Assembly (NCBI RefSeq): GCF_009914755.1 | Contig: NC_060933.1 | DNA length: 64,000 nucleotides | Strand: one strand, 5' to 3' | From: the human T2T-CHM13v2.0 reference genome, Homo sapiens | Part shown: piece after piece, positions 28,534 to 43,471 of the stretch | How the letters are laid out: every line of letters begins with the position of its first letter | Numbering within the stretch: position 1 is the stretch's first letter | Position numbers and translations under genes: made by a program | The notes under the pieces: model-generated | What the model was told of the DNA's origin: nothing | What the model saw: only the letters and a program-made list of their open reading frames with translations | Databases searched by the model: none

Positions 28534-28746
28534 GGGCGGAGAGGCCTCGGCTCTGTGTTTGTTTGGGCATCTGGAAATGGTGGAAGGAGCAAAGACCACT
28601 GCTCCTGTGATGGCTACACCAACAGCATCTACACCATCTCCATCAGCAGCACTGCAGAAAGCGGAAAGAAACCTTGGTACCTGGAAGAGTGTTCATCCAC
28701 GCTGGCCACAACCTACAGCAGCGGGGAGTCCTACGATAAGAAAATC
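28534..28746 (+). CDS. PCSK5: PCSK5 internal coding exon (probably exon 8) with the oxyanion-hole Asn: [17 protein letters not shown]...[10 protein letters not shown]
   Basis: Acceptor ctttctctgtttgtgaacag|GGG and donor ATC|GTACGT; 213 nt, phase 0/0. Contains WASGNGG and [17 protein letters not shown] convertase motifs. Confidence 0.96.
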
Positions 28747-28822
28747 GTACGTGACATGTGCATGCCCATCATGATCTGTTTATTTAATGTTCACTTTGAA
28801 ATACAAAGGGAGAACCATAAAC

Positions 28823-28859
<37 letters not shown>
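28823..28859. repeat. (AT)6(AC)12 microsatellite 77 nt downstream of the exon donor
   Basis: Read directly from the sequence. Confidence 0.95.
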
Positions 28860-29245
28860 GAAGTAATATATGGAAATAGGAAATTAGATTCGCTGATAAT
28901 AGAAGAAGTTGTAAACATTACCAATTGAAAATGCTTGTGCAGTCATCACATTGCAACATTTAATGTGGACTTAGATGTTATTAAGCTTCAATTTTATTGA
29001 GGATAAATGATTGGTTCACGTTCACATTGTGAGTTAGTGGCAGAGAAGAGACTGGAATCTACGCCTGACTCAGTCCTGTACTCCTATCACTGTGTTTCCG
29101 CACCGACTTTTAACTTTAGCTTTAGTGCTTGGTTTCTGAGTATGGCCAATTCAGTGTGAAAAACAAAAGTGTATAAGGAAACTCAGAATTTCATTGAAAT
29201 TATACTTATTTAACATGAACTAAACCTCTGTAAAAGGTGCGTTTC

Positions 29246-29876
<631 letters not shown>

Positions 29877-29890
29877 AAAAAGTGCATTTC

Positions 29891-30111
<221 letters not shown>

Positions 30112-31879
30112 TAGACAGCACAAAGTCTGCTGGATGAAGAAGCACAGAAGCTGTATGGGATCTCCCGTTTAGCAACATATCCTGCACTCTAGGCAAACAG
30201 CCAGTGTAATTAAGAGTTCAGGTGGCAGGCTCAGCCTGCTGCGTGAGTTTCTTTCACTCTTGAGATATTTGTAGTTGAGTAATTTTGGACAAATTAATCT
30301 GTCTGTCTCAACATGCTTATTTATACAAAGAGGACACTTAGTAGCACATAGTTCATGGAGTCATTACAAAATAATGAGGAAGGCAGTAAAAAGTGCCTAG
30401 CACAGTACCCGGCCCTTCAGTGCTTAGGAAAGCTCTAACTTTTCGGGGATGCCCAACACTGTGCTGCTGATTATAAATTTCAGACACCTTTGCACTTTGC
30501 CCTTTTTCCTGATCATGATTTTGTAAACTGTCTCTGGATTTGTCTTTTCAAGGTAGAGCTAAGCTGCTGTACCTGACACTTTTTAGCATTTAGCCAAGAC
30601 CCTGCTTCTGGCTCTAACAGATCTACGCAGGTTGGGGTCACTCTAGTGGTGCTCCATCTGCCTTTCCCGCAGTCCATAGGGGATAGAACTGTACCTCCTT
30701 TGTGCAAGTCTTAATCCACATCCATTCTATTCCTCTTGATTCCTGGTTATTATATGATTTTTCTGTTTCATTTATCGGCTACTTTTTACTACCTTCTTTA
30801 GTTACATTTTGTAGATTGATTTAGGTAAAAATTGCCTACCCATATACATGTCCCCATCTTTCCCTAATTGCTCCACAATGTCTGGGTTTAAATATATACA
30901 CCCAATTCCACCTGTCAGTACCTCCAACATTCATCAATAAGCATAACTCTGAAACAGCAAGTAAAATATAAAAGGCAAAAATGCAGAGATGAGCTTTGCA
31001 TTTGAGGTTTCTGGCTTCCTTAACTGGGAAGTGATGCCCCACTGAAATTTTGCCTCCATTAGAGAAATGTTATAATCTAGAAATATCCCTTTGCTTTTAA
31101 ATAAGAAGACCTTGTGTCTTCTAACTCATGGTCAACGTCCACTAGCACGGAGTGACATCCATCAGTCCTGCATCGTGAAATTCCTGATGAAAACTCGAAT
31201 AAGAGTTCTCGTTTTTTACCTCTGGAGTTTGAAATCATCTTAAGTCAAACTCACTATTGCTTCAAAGTAATTATGCCCATTTAGTCAGTCCTATTATTCT
31301 CTATGGGGTGATTGCTATGGGGAGGGTATTGTTAACTTTTATAAATGCCTTCTGTAAGGGAAGCATATAGTCTCATGGTAAAAATATCAAAGAAGAAGGA
31401 AAGGTGGTCTCGTCCAGATGGGAGAACACAGTATGTACAGAGGGACTGCAAAATCACTACTGTGAGTTTTACTCTCTAAACTTAACCTTCCTGGGGCCTT
31501 CGTCATTGTTTGCTGTGATTGTGTGGTTGCCGCTGTGACTCCCATGGCAGGGGTGTCATTTAGGATTCTCCCATGGATAGACAAATTGATCCATTCTGTG
31601 GGCAGGAAGAGAGCTTACAAGGGAAAGTGGACACCATGACTAAATGTTAATACCCTTTCGCGAGGTCATATACTTTTCCCCAATTTTTGCTTGTGATTTC
31701 AAAGCCTTCTGTGACTCACTCTATGTATTTAACTTAATTCGTTTCTTCCTTTTTGTTTAATGCATTTCTTCTGTTTTTGTGAGATTATATTAGTAAATTT
31801 TCTCTAGCTAGTTCTTAGATTCCCTTATTTTGCCTGAATTCCCAAATTACCCCCAATTGGAGAGGAAATTTGGAAGCTG

Positions 31880-32060
31880 TTTATATTAGTCTCTAGCTTC
31901 AGAGAGACCACTCAGTGGATAAGCAACCCTCATGGAGTCTTGATTGCCTCATCTGTAAAATGGAGATAATACCAGCACCTACCTCAGAGATTTCCATGAA
32001 GATAATAAAAGACTGAGTTAAGGTGCCTGATGCCTGGTACACAGGAGCAGCTCAGTGCAT
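31880..32060 (+). mobile_element. MIR relic
   Basis: cctcatctgtaaaatggagataataccagcacctacctcagag MIR core. Confidence 0.7.
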
Positions 32061-33024
32061 GTCCGGTCGCATTGTCGCCTAAGCTCCTGTAGCTTTCTGC
32101 AACCTGGGAGGTTAGGGTGTTTTTCCAGCTGCTGTTAGGTGCCTATCGCACCTCAGTTTTTCCAATCTATAAAACACTGCGATCTGTTCCACTCATCCCA
32201 TAAAGAAAGACACTCTGATCGGGAACATGTTAACAGTTTGAACATGAGTGGAGTTGGCAGTAACATCAGCCTTTTATGGTCCGGCTGACCCCTTTTCCTT
32301 CTAGATATCAGAATGACAAATAATCCTGTGTTGCGCCTGGGACCTTTCCTTCACCAGGCTTTGAACCCAGACGCCTTTGGTCCCTCGGTGATGCCCGCAT
32401 CCTGTTAGTGGCATATGTGATTGAGTGCTACAGGAATGGCAGTGCCTGTCTTTGTACTAAGCCCCCTTCCCTGAGACATTCATTTCCTTTTGTCATCTGC
32501 AGCCTACCCAGAAGAGCACGGTTGTCATTCTTCATTCATAGAGCACCTTTGTGATTTGAACCAAGACAGTTGCTGAGGATCTGAGGAGAGAGGGAAAAAA
32601 ATCTCTCTGCTTCTGGGAAAGCATTTTTGTTAAATAAATTTTACTTGTTCTGGACAAAATGACTTTTCATGATACGCAAACAGGAAAGCCTTGCCCTGGG
32701 TTTCAAAACATAAGGAAGTCCCTGTCCCTTGGTTTCCTGCCATTACTTCTAGCACAGTTGTGGACCTCGGTATTGCATTCATGCTTTAGTAGATTTGGAT
32801 CAGCAATGACCTTATATCTTATTACAGCAAAGGAAGCGTTCAAAGTATAAAGATTACTATGAAAGAAGCTCTTTCATAAGCTAAATAGAAATCATTTAAA
32901 ATTACTAGTTATTTTAAAGTTGTATAACGAAAGAATTCATTAACATAATTGTTCACATTTCATGTCTCACATGTAATACATTTATATATTAACATGTTGA
33001 AAATATCACATTTTTTGTCCTTCT

Positions 33025-33205
33025 CATTTGTGCCTGACACTGTGCTATGCACATCAAATGCAACATCTCATTGTATTCTTGGGAAACCCTATGCAGAAAG
33101 ATCATGGTGTCCCCACTTTTTACAGATGAGAAAACTAAAGCTTGAGAAGTTAAGCAAACAAAAACCATAGCTAGTAAATGGTAGAGCTTGGATTCCAATC
33201 AAAGT
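33025..33205 (-). mobile_element. MIR relic
   Basis: ccccacttttacagatgagaaaactaaagcttgagaagttaag...gctagtaaatggtagagc. Confidence 0.7.
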
Positions 33206-35084
33206 CAAGATAGACCCCCAAACTCATCTTGTAGCCAGTGTGCATCCCATCCTGATGCATCTTAGGGATATCCAGTATGGGGCTATGTGAAAGAATAGTG
33301 CTTTTCTTACCTGTTTTGAGTTCTTTTCAGTCATAAAGAAGCATTTAGAATATATACATTTCCATTGTTTTTCACTATTTAGTCTCCTCATTTTGAATTT
33401 CATTCCTTTACCCTTTTTCATACCCCCTCACACAGTTGAACCTCTTGCAAAAAACTCAAGCTGAGTTGCTAGTTCCTATGGCAGCAGAGTTAGCACTGAG
33501 CTCCCAAGGTCATGGCTTTTGTATTTTCTGTATGATGTTCAAACCAGGGCTTCCTGATGTGCAAAGTCCCGTCTGTTAGAACACTCCTCTACCAAATATC
33601 ACTTCATTTTTGTCTCCTCTCAAATTTCACCTCAAAGAGGATTTTCTTCATCACCTTTTCTAAAATAGAGGCACACCCCTCCACCACTCTCTACTCCTTT
33701 ACCCGGTTCAATTTTTTTTTCTAGTGCACTTATAGCTACTTCACCTGGTAGTACATATTTTCTTATTTACTGTCTGTTTTTCGCACTACAATGGAAACTA
33801 CTTGAGGATGAAGACCGTGTTTTGTTCCTTTCCAGAGCCTGAGCTTAATAAATATTCGTGCATAAATGACTAGCAAACATTTGGAAGGATGGAGGCTTTA
33901 CAAGTTGTTTATATAGCTGCAGGAAGACAGGGAGCTGCTCTGTTTCTTTCAGAGAAACTTCTTCTGTCGGTAGGTTGGTGAAAGTGAAACGTTATTTGAC
34001 AGGATATTTAGCATAGAAAATTGCCAGCAGGAATCCTGCAACATGATAAAGCTGTTCATGTAACCTGTTTTTAGTGTCAAAAAGCCTAAAAGATCCTATC
34101 TATAACCCCTCACCTCCTCCTGACATTTCTCTCAAGTTCTGTTTTATAAATAAGGCTCCCCTTTCTTTCCAGTCCCTCCCATCATTAAATTATCTCTTTC
34201 TTTTGGGACTTTGTTCAGACTTTGACTTTTTTCCCCCTAGTAATTTATCTTAGTGATTGGGACATAGGGTTTCTCAGATTCCTCCTGGGAGGGGTTCTCT
34301 GAGCCAGAGTTGGGAGAATATATGTTCTGCTTAGCCCTCTCCTGATGTCATTTTATTTATTTGTGTTCAAAACAAAGTTGCTGCCTGGGGTATCTCAGAG
34401 TTGGCCTGAAAAACAAATTCCATGTGGAGGAATTATCTTATTGCTTTTAATGCTTCTAAGCAGCTCTACATTTTCTTTTGCAGAAATATTCTGCTCCTCT
34501 TCTACCACCCGATTCATTTTTCAAATGCATTCACCATTTGCACTAGGTTATTCTCTGTCATCTCTCCATTTCTTCTTTTGACTTAGAAAATTCCATTATT
34601 TTTCATGAGTAAAAGTCTAGTGAATCCAGATGTGTTTTTGTTTATTTGGAAGTTTGATACATATTCTCTTGAGAAAGTTAAAAAGCTAAAAGGAAACGTT
34701 GCTTCTGAAAAGGTCTCATTTTAATGGCCTGAAGGAACCTCTATACGGACTTGCTGACTTGGGCTGGGTCACGAGGCTAGTTGTTGTTACCTTTGCTCTC
34801 ATGAATGACTACACTTTGTAACTCAGCTTTTTTTTCTTTTGCTGCTATTTTACAGTTTGATATCTTTAGCACTGACGAGCCCTTTTGTAGCTGTTTGTCC
34901 TTGGGCAAGTTACTTAACCCCTCTGAGCCTCTATTTCCTTAGCTAATAAAATATCTTCCTTGCAGTGTTCCTGTGGGTTTATATATCATTTTATATGGAC
35001 ACACATAAATACCTCTTGCATACTGTCTCATTCATTGCAAGCTGCTCATTGTGGTAGTTTTAGAGGAAGCAGTGGAGCTGGTGG

Positions 35085-35309
35085 TAGATAAAGCATCTCT
35101 AATACAAAAATTCAAAATCTGTAGCATTCCAATGAACATTTCCTTTGAGTGTCATTTTGGCGTCCCAAAAGTTTGAGATTTTGGAGCATTTCAAGTTTTC
35201 AGATTAGAGATGTTGAACTGGGGTAATGCAGCTATTCCATAATCTGCAAAAATTTGAAATCTAAAACACCTCTGGTCCCAACTATTTTGGGTAAGGGATA
35301 CGCAACCTG
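35085..35309. mobile_element. Tigger4/MER46-family TcMar MITE
   Basis: Ends gtaagggatacgcaacctg|TA; internal catttcctttgagtgtcat...ttttggagcattt. Confidence 0.7.
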
Positions 35310-37654
35310 TAGTACTTGTGAGAGTATTAGCTGTACTTTAAACCCTGGATTGTATATACACATATGCACACATAATTTTTGTAGGTTGACTACAAATTTC
35401 TGTGAGTTTTGTTTGGATGGTGGAAAAAGAAGTGACTTTGAGTGTTTCCTAATGAACGGAAGAGTTGAAGTATAGAATGAAATGAATATAAAGGAGCTTG
35501 ATTTTAGGGATTCAACTTAGCAAATAAATATTGTGCCTCTTGGTACATGGAACTGAGCTGAACATTATGGAGATACAAAAGTGATGTAACATGAGATTCT
35601 TCTTTAGTGATAGTAACCCTCCATTTGTAAGCAAAATCTTCTATTTGTACTTCACATTTACAGATTCTTTTAGCAACACGAGAGTGGGATTTTGTGTGGA
35701 CTTGTCAGTCATGACTGAATTTTACACTAGTCTTTGTGACTTCTGTGGACACAAAAAGCTTTCTTTAGTCTTCGGTTCTTTTTTATTTTACTGTGCTTAA
35801 TAAATCAGCTTCTTCTATTTTAGTCATTGACACATTTAAAATTTAGTTTCTGCCCTTCTCCCCCATAGCTGTGTCTGAAACAGCTTTCTTGGCACAATTC
35901 TAGTTCAAATCAAAATCAACACCAGAAACAAATTCAACCTAACAGACAGTAAAATCATTTCATGTTTCAAAAATATCTGTTCAGTTGCTCTTTTAACAGA
36001 TACGAGACAATATGGCACCTTCAAAGTAAAACGGATCACTAGATATCAAGGAGAGAGAAACTCTTGACTGTGGGGTTGCTATAAAAGCTTGTCACTTATG
36101 GCCAAAGTCAATCTGAACTGAGATTCCCTGGAGAATTACATCAACAGGCTAAAATCAAAGGTCCAATCAGAACAAGTAATGAACTGTGAAATACTAGGAC
36201 ATAATTGCTTAGGGTGAGAAAAAGTGATGGTTCATCTTAGTGGAGGCTGTCTAAACCTGAACAGTACCCACCGCTTGTCATCAAAGGATGATGACATCCC
36301 TAACATAGTGGAGTCCAAAAAACCATCTGCTACTGATCCTGAGAGACGCTGAAAATCTAATTTGCTGATCAGGACAGCTTTGATCTGGCTCAGGGCCTGG
36401 TGTCCTTTCCAGTTTCCATCACTCTGATGGGCACAAATGATATTTTCTTGAGCAATCTGAGAAGTTCTTTGGAGAAAAATTCTGTTTCTGATTTGTGTAG
36501 TGAATTGGGGGGATTTGGAGCATGCAAGATGTGCCATCAGGATTTAAACCAAATTCTGAGACATTATTTAAAGTGGAATCTAAAGTGAAAGTGCTTGCAT
36601 GTAGAATCTCTGTGTTCCCCACCCTATGTAGTGGGCCGACTGTTGAATGCAACTTGCCTTTAAATTACACTGTCAGATCCTATATACATGTGTTGTGATT
36701 AATGGGGATATTCCATGTGGTTCCAGTTTTCATAACGTCATTTTTCTTCAAGATTGCCTGCTCTTTGGTGGCCTTTGCCTTTTATTTCTAAAGATAGACA
36801 CAAAAACTCCGATGCTGTGGCTTCTCTTAATGACGAAAACCCTGCCTTAGATCTTTCCAGTAATTTACACCTAAATATTGCCACCTCTGATAGTAACTTC
36901 CTCTTGAAATGACCCAGCTGGAATTTCCATTTCAAGCAGGATGAGAAGGGAGTGGGGATGTTTTTGTTTCTTTTCTCCCCGTTCCTTTTAACTTTACCCC
37001 TTTCCATCACCTTTCTCCTCCACTCCATCCAGTCCTACTCACCAGTCAAGTTTCATTTAAAGTGGTTGAAAAAAATTATAACACAGTGGGGATTTGGAAT
37101 TACACAGATGTGCCGACATTAATAGCATTTAACACTTCATTGGTGTTTATATATAAATGTACTAAGTAGCTTTATATTAAAGCATAAGTTGTATGCCTAG
37201 ATACCTTGTCACTATGCAGACGAAGCATATTACTATTGCAAATGCAAGATCATAAAATTTTGATCGTTCACATTTGAGGTTGGCTGAAGATGGTTATTTA
37301 TTAGACTCAAGTGCTACACACACTTGGAGTGTTTATTCTGGATTTGTTTCTGTGCATTGAAAATGTCTGGTGCGGCTGAAGAATAAGCAAGGAGAGCCAA
37401 GTGGGAAAATATCATGAAAAATCTTGAATCCAGGCACAAGTCATTGAAAAAAAATAAAACTTGGACAAAGGAATGTGACCATGGGTGAGATAAAATAGGA
37501 AGAATGCAGGCAAGGCCGTCTCAACAACAGCAGATCTGGACACCTGGAAACAAGCTACTTCTGGTGTGTTCATGCATTGACTTAGGGACCAGGGCTTTGG
37601 AAAATCAGGCTGCAAATTCACCCATAATTTCAAATGAGGCAGCAGTTCCTTTTA

Positions 37655-38196
37655 ACAATCCAGCAATTCCTCTTCTGGAATTACCGATTTGAAAGAACTG
37701 AAAACAGGGTCTCAGAGAGATTGCGGCACCCCCATGTGCATGTTCAGCCTTCTTCACAATAGCTGAGAGGTAGAAGCAACCCATGTGTCCATCAACAGAT
37801 GAATGGATGAAGAAAATGTGGCATAATGGAATATACTCAGCCTTATAAAGTAAAGAAATCCTGTCATATGGTACAATATGGATAAACCTTGAGGACATTA
37901 TGCTACATGAGATAATCCTGTTTTGAGAAGACAGATACTGTGTGATTCCACTTACATGAGGTATGTAGAGGAATCAAACACATAGCAGTAGAAAGAAGAA
38001 CGGTGGTTGCCAGGGGGCAAGGGGAGGGAGAGTGAGGAACTGTTCAGTGGTTACAGAGTTTGAGTTCTGCAAGATGAAAAAGCCTAGTGATATTGTACAA
38101 GCTTGTACATATATGGTTAGCAACATTGTACTGTACGCATAAAAATTGTTCAGAGGGTAATTGTATGTTATATGTTTTTTAACACAATAAAAAAAT
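37655..38196 (+). mobile_element. L1MB-like 3' end
   Basis: atccagcaattcc...tgtccatcaacagatgaatggat...aaccttgaggacattatgcta...cacaataaaaaa. Confidence 0.85.
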
Positions 38197-39559
38197 ACCT
38201 GTTTAAACTCAGCAATGAAAAGCCCAGACAGTTTCTTAACATAAAAGTGGATAGGGCCCTATTTACCCAAACATCCTGCAAGCATCACATGTCGAGGTTC
38301 AGTAGATGGCTTCAGGGTTCTTGCACACCATTCATTCATTCAGGAAAACGTAGTGAAAGGTTTGACTCCTTCCCCCACCACCATATCTATGTAGTTCTAT
38401 AGATCTTTGTTCATTCTTTCACTCCTTTTATATCAGTACCCACACCTATCTAGTACAGATAATCTGGTAATGTTAGAGTTGTCAAAAGGAACAAAGAAAG
38501 GATAGTAAGAACTTATGGTCTCATGTGAAACTAAATCAGCCAGAATGCCTATCTAGATCCATGAGAGGTCATAAAAGAGTCTACTTAGACATATTCATGT
38601 GACATAGAATAAACTTCTAAGTGAGAGTCTGTCTCTAAGGAGCTATACAGCACTTTGTTCCTGTGAAGATCAAGTTTCTTTCCAAACCAAATTTAACTAA
38701 TTTTCACACTCCTCTTGAAGGAAGCACTTTGAAGGAGAGGCCTTTGTTTTCAGCTGCCTGGATCCCCCTTCACCTTTCTGGGACCTTTCATGACCGTTTT
38801 CCTATCTGTAATATATGGTAATATACTTGCCTTGATGCGAAAGACAGATTTACTAATAGCCTTCCAATAACTTCAATGAGACCACTAACTCCTCTCACAG
38901 ACTTCTATACTCCCCCAGAGGTGATACTGTCCCAAAGAGGGCAAAAAATGGATTCTTGTCCAAGAGGGAGGATTTAAAAAATCTTAGAGCTATTAGAGTG
39001 GTTTCCAGAATCTTATTCCATAGTATTAAAGGAGAAGTTAAATTTAATGTATTTTTTCCATAGTGAGAAAATAATGAAACAAAGGTTGAGAAACATTGCC
39101 TTTGCTGGATGGTAATATTATTCCGTCACAGCTGAAGTGAACTGGATTTAAGCCAAGAGGATAAAAATGACTTAGTTCTCACATTTTGATTAAAAAATAA
39201 AATGGAGAAATAACTAATTTTCTCTAATATACAAGCTTACACTTAGTGCTGTAATTGCATATCAAGTACACTGGCTTCAGCCTTATTTTTAGTATCCATG
39301 TTATATCTTTGAGGAAGTCTTGGTTCATCCGTGCAACATTTCTATTGATTCTAGAAACAGGTCCACAACCAAAGGTTCTTTCTACAGCAGAGCATACTTT
39401 TGGCTTGAAATCTGTGGTTCCCCAAGGTAACAGTTCTAGGCTGCAGGGACCATGTACTTTTATTCTGTATGTTGCCAATGCCTGCTCAGTGTCTGGATTT
39501 GATACAATGTGCTTGATTATTTTAAAATGTTGAGGCAAGGAAAGAACTTCAGTTTTAAC

Positions 39560-39670
39560 CAGAACTGGCACTAGGGAGAAGCAAGCAAGATGCTTACAGA
39601 GCAGAATTTAAGGAGGTATTTGCATGATCTTTATGTTTTCATCCATAAGCTCACCCTGGTTTTGACCCTG
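39560..39670. mobile_element. MER91-like hAT-Tip100 MITE
   Basis: cagaactggcactaggg...aatttaaggagg...ctcaccctggttttgaccctg; 8-bp TSD GTTTTAAC (39552-39559) and GTTTGAAC (39671-39678). Confidence 0.65.
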
Positions 39671-39894
39671 GTTTGAACAGAAATGGAGTTCAGTTTCCAA
39701 ACACTTCCCTTTTCAGAGTTGATCTACACAGTCAATTCTCTGGAAGTGATATGATTTACAGGCGTGTAGGAACAAGGAATTTAAAACAAGTATTTAACAT
39801 ATACCCCCATTCTATTTTTATGAGTATATTTCTTTCTACTTGCAGGTGACTCACATTGGCCTCAGAAATCTAAACTTTTCACTTTGTTTTCCAG

Positions 39895-39995
39895 ATCACT
39901 ACAGATCTGAGGCAGCGTTGCACGGACAACCACACTGGGACGTCAGCCTCAGCCCCCATGGCTGCAGGCATCATTGCGCTGGCCCTGGAAGCCAA
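39895..39995 (+). CDS. PCSK5: PCSK5 internal coding exon (probably exon 9) with the catalytic Ser: [33 protein letters not shown]
   Basis: Acceptor actttgttttccag|ATC and donor AA|GTAAG; 101 nt. Contains the subtilase HTGTSASAP motif. The ORF track shows this exon only in another frame. No further exon was recognised before 64000. Confidence 0.96.
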
Positions 39996-40606
39996 GTAAG
40001 CCTTGATCTCTATATGTCTTCAATGGTGACAACCCCTGATCTCAGGGAAAACGTACCCCTTCCCTTGTATAGGACCCCTAGCATGACAACCTAGAATATA
40101 ATCTTCCCAATCCCACCTTTAAAACTTCAAAGGTTTGGGCTTTTTAAAAAAAATTCCCCTATATTAAGAAGAAGATTAGGTTTTTGGTTTTACATGCTTA
40201 AAAAATCAAACTGTGTAATTACTTTATTATGGAGTCATAGCACATGCATGCCAGTTGGCTCCAACTCTCTTGCCTTGTTGAGGTTTTTATTCTAGTCTGG
40301 GAATGTTCCTGAGCGTCCCAGAGAGGTTAGGTCTGCCCATTTCTGGTCTGTTTCTCTGAAGCATGACTAGGCAGCTCCGATTCCACGACAATAGCACAGT
40401 CACAGACTGGCTCTGCAGAATAGAATATGCCAGGGACGAGGACAACCCATTTATATCAAATCCTGTTCAGTATAGTCAAATTCTATGTCAAAAAGATTAC
40501 TGTGAAAGACCCCTTTAGGCTATTTGTAAATAAATAGGTCCTCATCTCTTTTTTCTCTAAGAACAAATAGGTTAATTTGCCTTAACGTTTTGAAAACCTA
40601 ATAATA

Positions 40607-40904
40607 CAGATCTAATATCTCTTGTCCTCAATTTTAAAATCCTAAATGCCAGGAAAACTGAACGTTCTTTTGCAAATTTAACACTAGAATTCATTTTTTG
40701 GCAAAGTTTGCCATAAACTCATTTGAGGCTATTTACAGTATTATTTATAACATTTATTGTGAAATATTCATGTATTTGATTGTGAAGTGCTGGCTCAGAC
40801 CCCGCTGGAGATTTTGTATCATGTATGTTATAGGCATCATCTCTGAAAAAATTTTGAATTCCAAACATGTCTTGTCCAATTTTAGAATAGGGATTGAAGG
40901 CCTG
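40607..40904. mobile_element. MER46C-like Tigger MITE
   Basis: TA|cagatctaatatctcttgtcc start and atagggattgaaggcctg end resemble the recalled TIRs. Confidence 0.5.
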
Positions 40905-41116
40905 TTCTCTGAGGTTCTCCCTGCAGGAGGATCATAAGAAAAAGGAACTGAACTAATGATATAAGCGATTTTCTAAAAATAGCCCTGCACCTCTGCCCTA
41001 GGGAGGAAGGGAAAGGCCCATTCATCTAGCTGCACCCTGAAGTAGAGCGATAGCCAGTGACAGAGAAGGAATACAAGGATAATGAAGAGGCTCAGGGATT
41101 ACAATAAGAACCGTGT

Positions 41117-41416
<300 letters not shown>

Positions 41417-43214
41417 CTAGTTCATTCTCAGGACACAGGTAGTTTCCCAGCATTCACAGCTGCCCCTCTGTAAGACGGAGAGCCTATGTTAAGGCAGCTG
41501 GACCTGAATATAACGTGGATACAGCAAATTGCTAAGTCATGTGTTGGACTGAAACCGGGGGAAGGACATGGGCTCTGGATATGGTGCCCTGTCTCTGGGT
41601 GGCCTCTTGCCCAAGCCTGGAGATTGAGAGATATCCAAGCTCCCATGAATATTTGGATTTCTTTCTTTTTGACGAGGTTAAATATGAAGTCATTTTCAAC
41701 AAATTACATCTTTTAAGGTGTTAAAAGTTTGGGTTTAGCAAGGAACTGGCACTTATCCTATTAAATTCTCACTTTACAACTTTTCACTAAAGTGTTCTGG
41801 CAGCGGAAGTCTCAATTAAGTGTCTGTGTTTTTAATTTGGTGAACTCTACCCAGGATTTTTGAAAAATATATTGTTTTTATTCTGAAATTCTAGGTTGTT
41901 TCTCTGGAATATGTTTCTGTCCACAAAATATTAAAAGAAAAAACATTAGGAATTCCTCTACCATGCTCCCCCTCAAAGGCTATCTCAAACTAAAACTTAG
42001 CAACCTGATACTATAACTATTGCTTCGTAGAATTAGGTGATACTCAGCTCTTTGAGATATTACTGTAACACTATTATTTTTTTAAAAAAAAAAACAGTTC
42101 TTTTAATCACGATTTAAGCTGAAATGCAAAAATCTTGCTTTATGCCTCAAATAACCTAAGATAAGGTCACTTTGGACTGCATAACACATTGAAAGACTAC
42201 AATTGTTTTTTTTTTTTTTTTCTCTTTTGCGTTTTGAGCATTTTTAAAGATCTATTTTTGACACAACTGTGATGAGTAGAAGGAGGTTCCTAAGATACAG
42301 GCTACCTGGAAAATGCACTGTGTTTTAAGATGTTAACAGTCCACTCTAATTGTGGGGCCAAAATGGATGATGAACTATCTGATAAACTCAGAAAAAACAA
42401 ACCTTTTTTTGTAACTCCATTGGTTTGTTGTACAGCTCAATCTTTGCCTGTAAAGTGAAGCTGAAAATCACGGGAAAGACGTGTGAGTACTAAAAGGGTG
42501 GGTCAGATATTGATATTAAATTAGCATCAATAAGCATCGGGCCTCCAGCTTAATGTGAAACATATCTAAAACTAAGAAATTGAAGAGAGGAGCTCCAGTA
42601 ACAGTGCATTAAGGCTGCAGTTGCTCTAAAACTAAACCTAATCCTTGTATATGTGCCTCACTCATTTACCCAGCCCCACCCCTTGCAATCTCCTCTTACA
42701 CTATTGCTTCTCAACAGCCCTTGAACCTTGGTATTTTGAGATTCAGCCTTTACTAACACAAGTTGAGGAGCAAGATCTACAAGATACGCTCTTTTAAGAA
42801 GAGAGGAGAGAAAGCCACAGCTCTAGGCAGAGTTATGACTCAGGACACTGCCCTACTCGCTGGGTATGCATGGCCTGCCAGGGTTCATTCAGTAACTGGA
42901 TATGCTGAGCCTTTGAATGAAAAGCTGCAAGAGTCTGCCAGTCCCTATTTGAACTGCATGTCCTAGCTATCCCTGTACTGTCAGGAGAAATTTATTGTTT
43001 CTCTGAATATCACCAGATTACTGTATTTACTCAGTCATAGGAACATTAGAGAAAACTAGGTCCTGAGCTTTTCGCCAGCCTCTCTTCCTTACATTCCAGA
43101 TGTCTGCCTGCATGGGTAGGACTGTGGTTCATTCTGTGATGCTGCTTCTACCATTGGCCTCTCTGCCATTCAAAAACCTTCCCAGGAAACTAAGGGAAAA
43201 GAAAACAAATACAT

Positions 43215-43349
43215 CCGGTAGTCCTAGCTACTCAGGGGGCTGAGGCAGGAGGATCCCTTGAGCCCAGGAGTTCAAGGCTGCAGTGAGCTATGATCACACC
43301 ATTGCACTACAGCCCAGGCAACAGAATGAGACCTTATCTCAAAAAAAAA
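43215..43349 (+). mobile_element. AluJ/FRAM right-monomer fragment
   Basis: gaggatcccttgagcccaggagttcaaggctgcagtgagctatgatc...A tail; no left arm. Confidence 0.88.
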
Positions 43350-43471
43350 GGTTGTGGGGGAGAAAGAAAAAGAAGTGGAATGAAATACAAAACATAGAAA
43401 CAGATAAACTTAAAAGTATCCAGATATCTTTTCCAAACATAACAAGTTTGATCATGAAATAACTTTGCTAT

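Noticed and set aside
28459-28866. Treating the full ORFs 526-717, 4372-4656 and 28459-28866 as complete CDSs
   Set aside because: Convertase similarity stops at canonical splice sites; the extensions are intron read-through.
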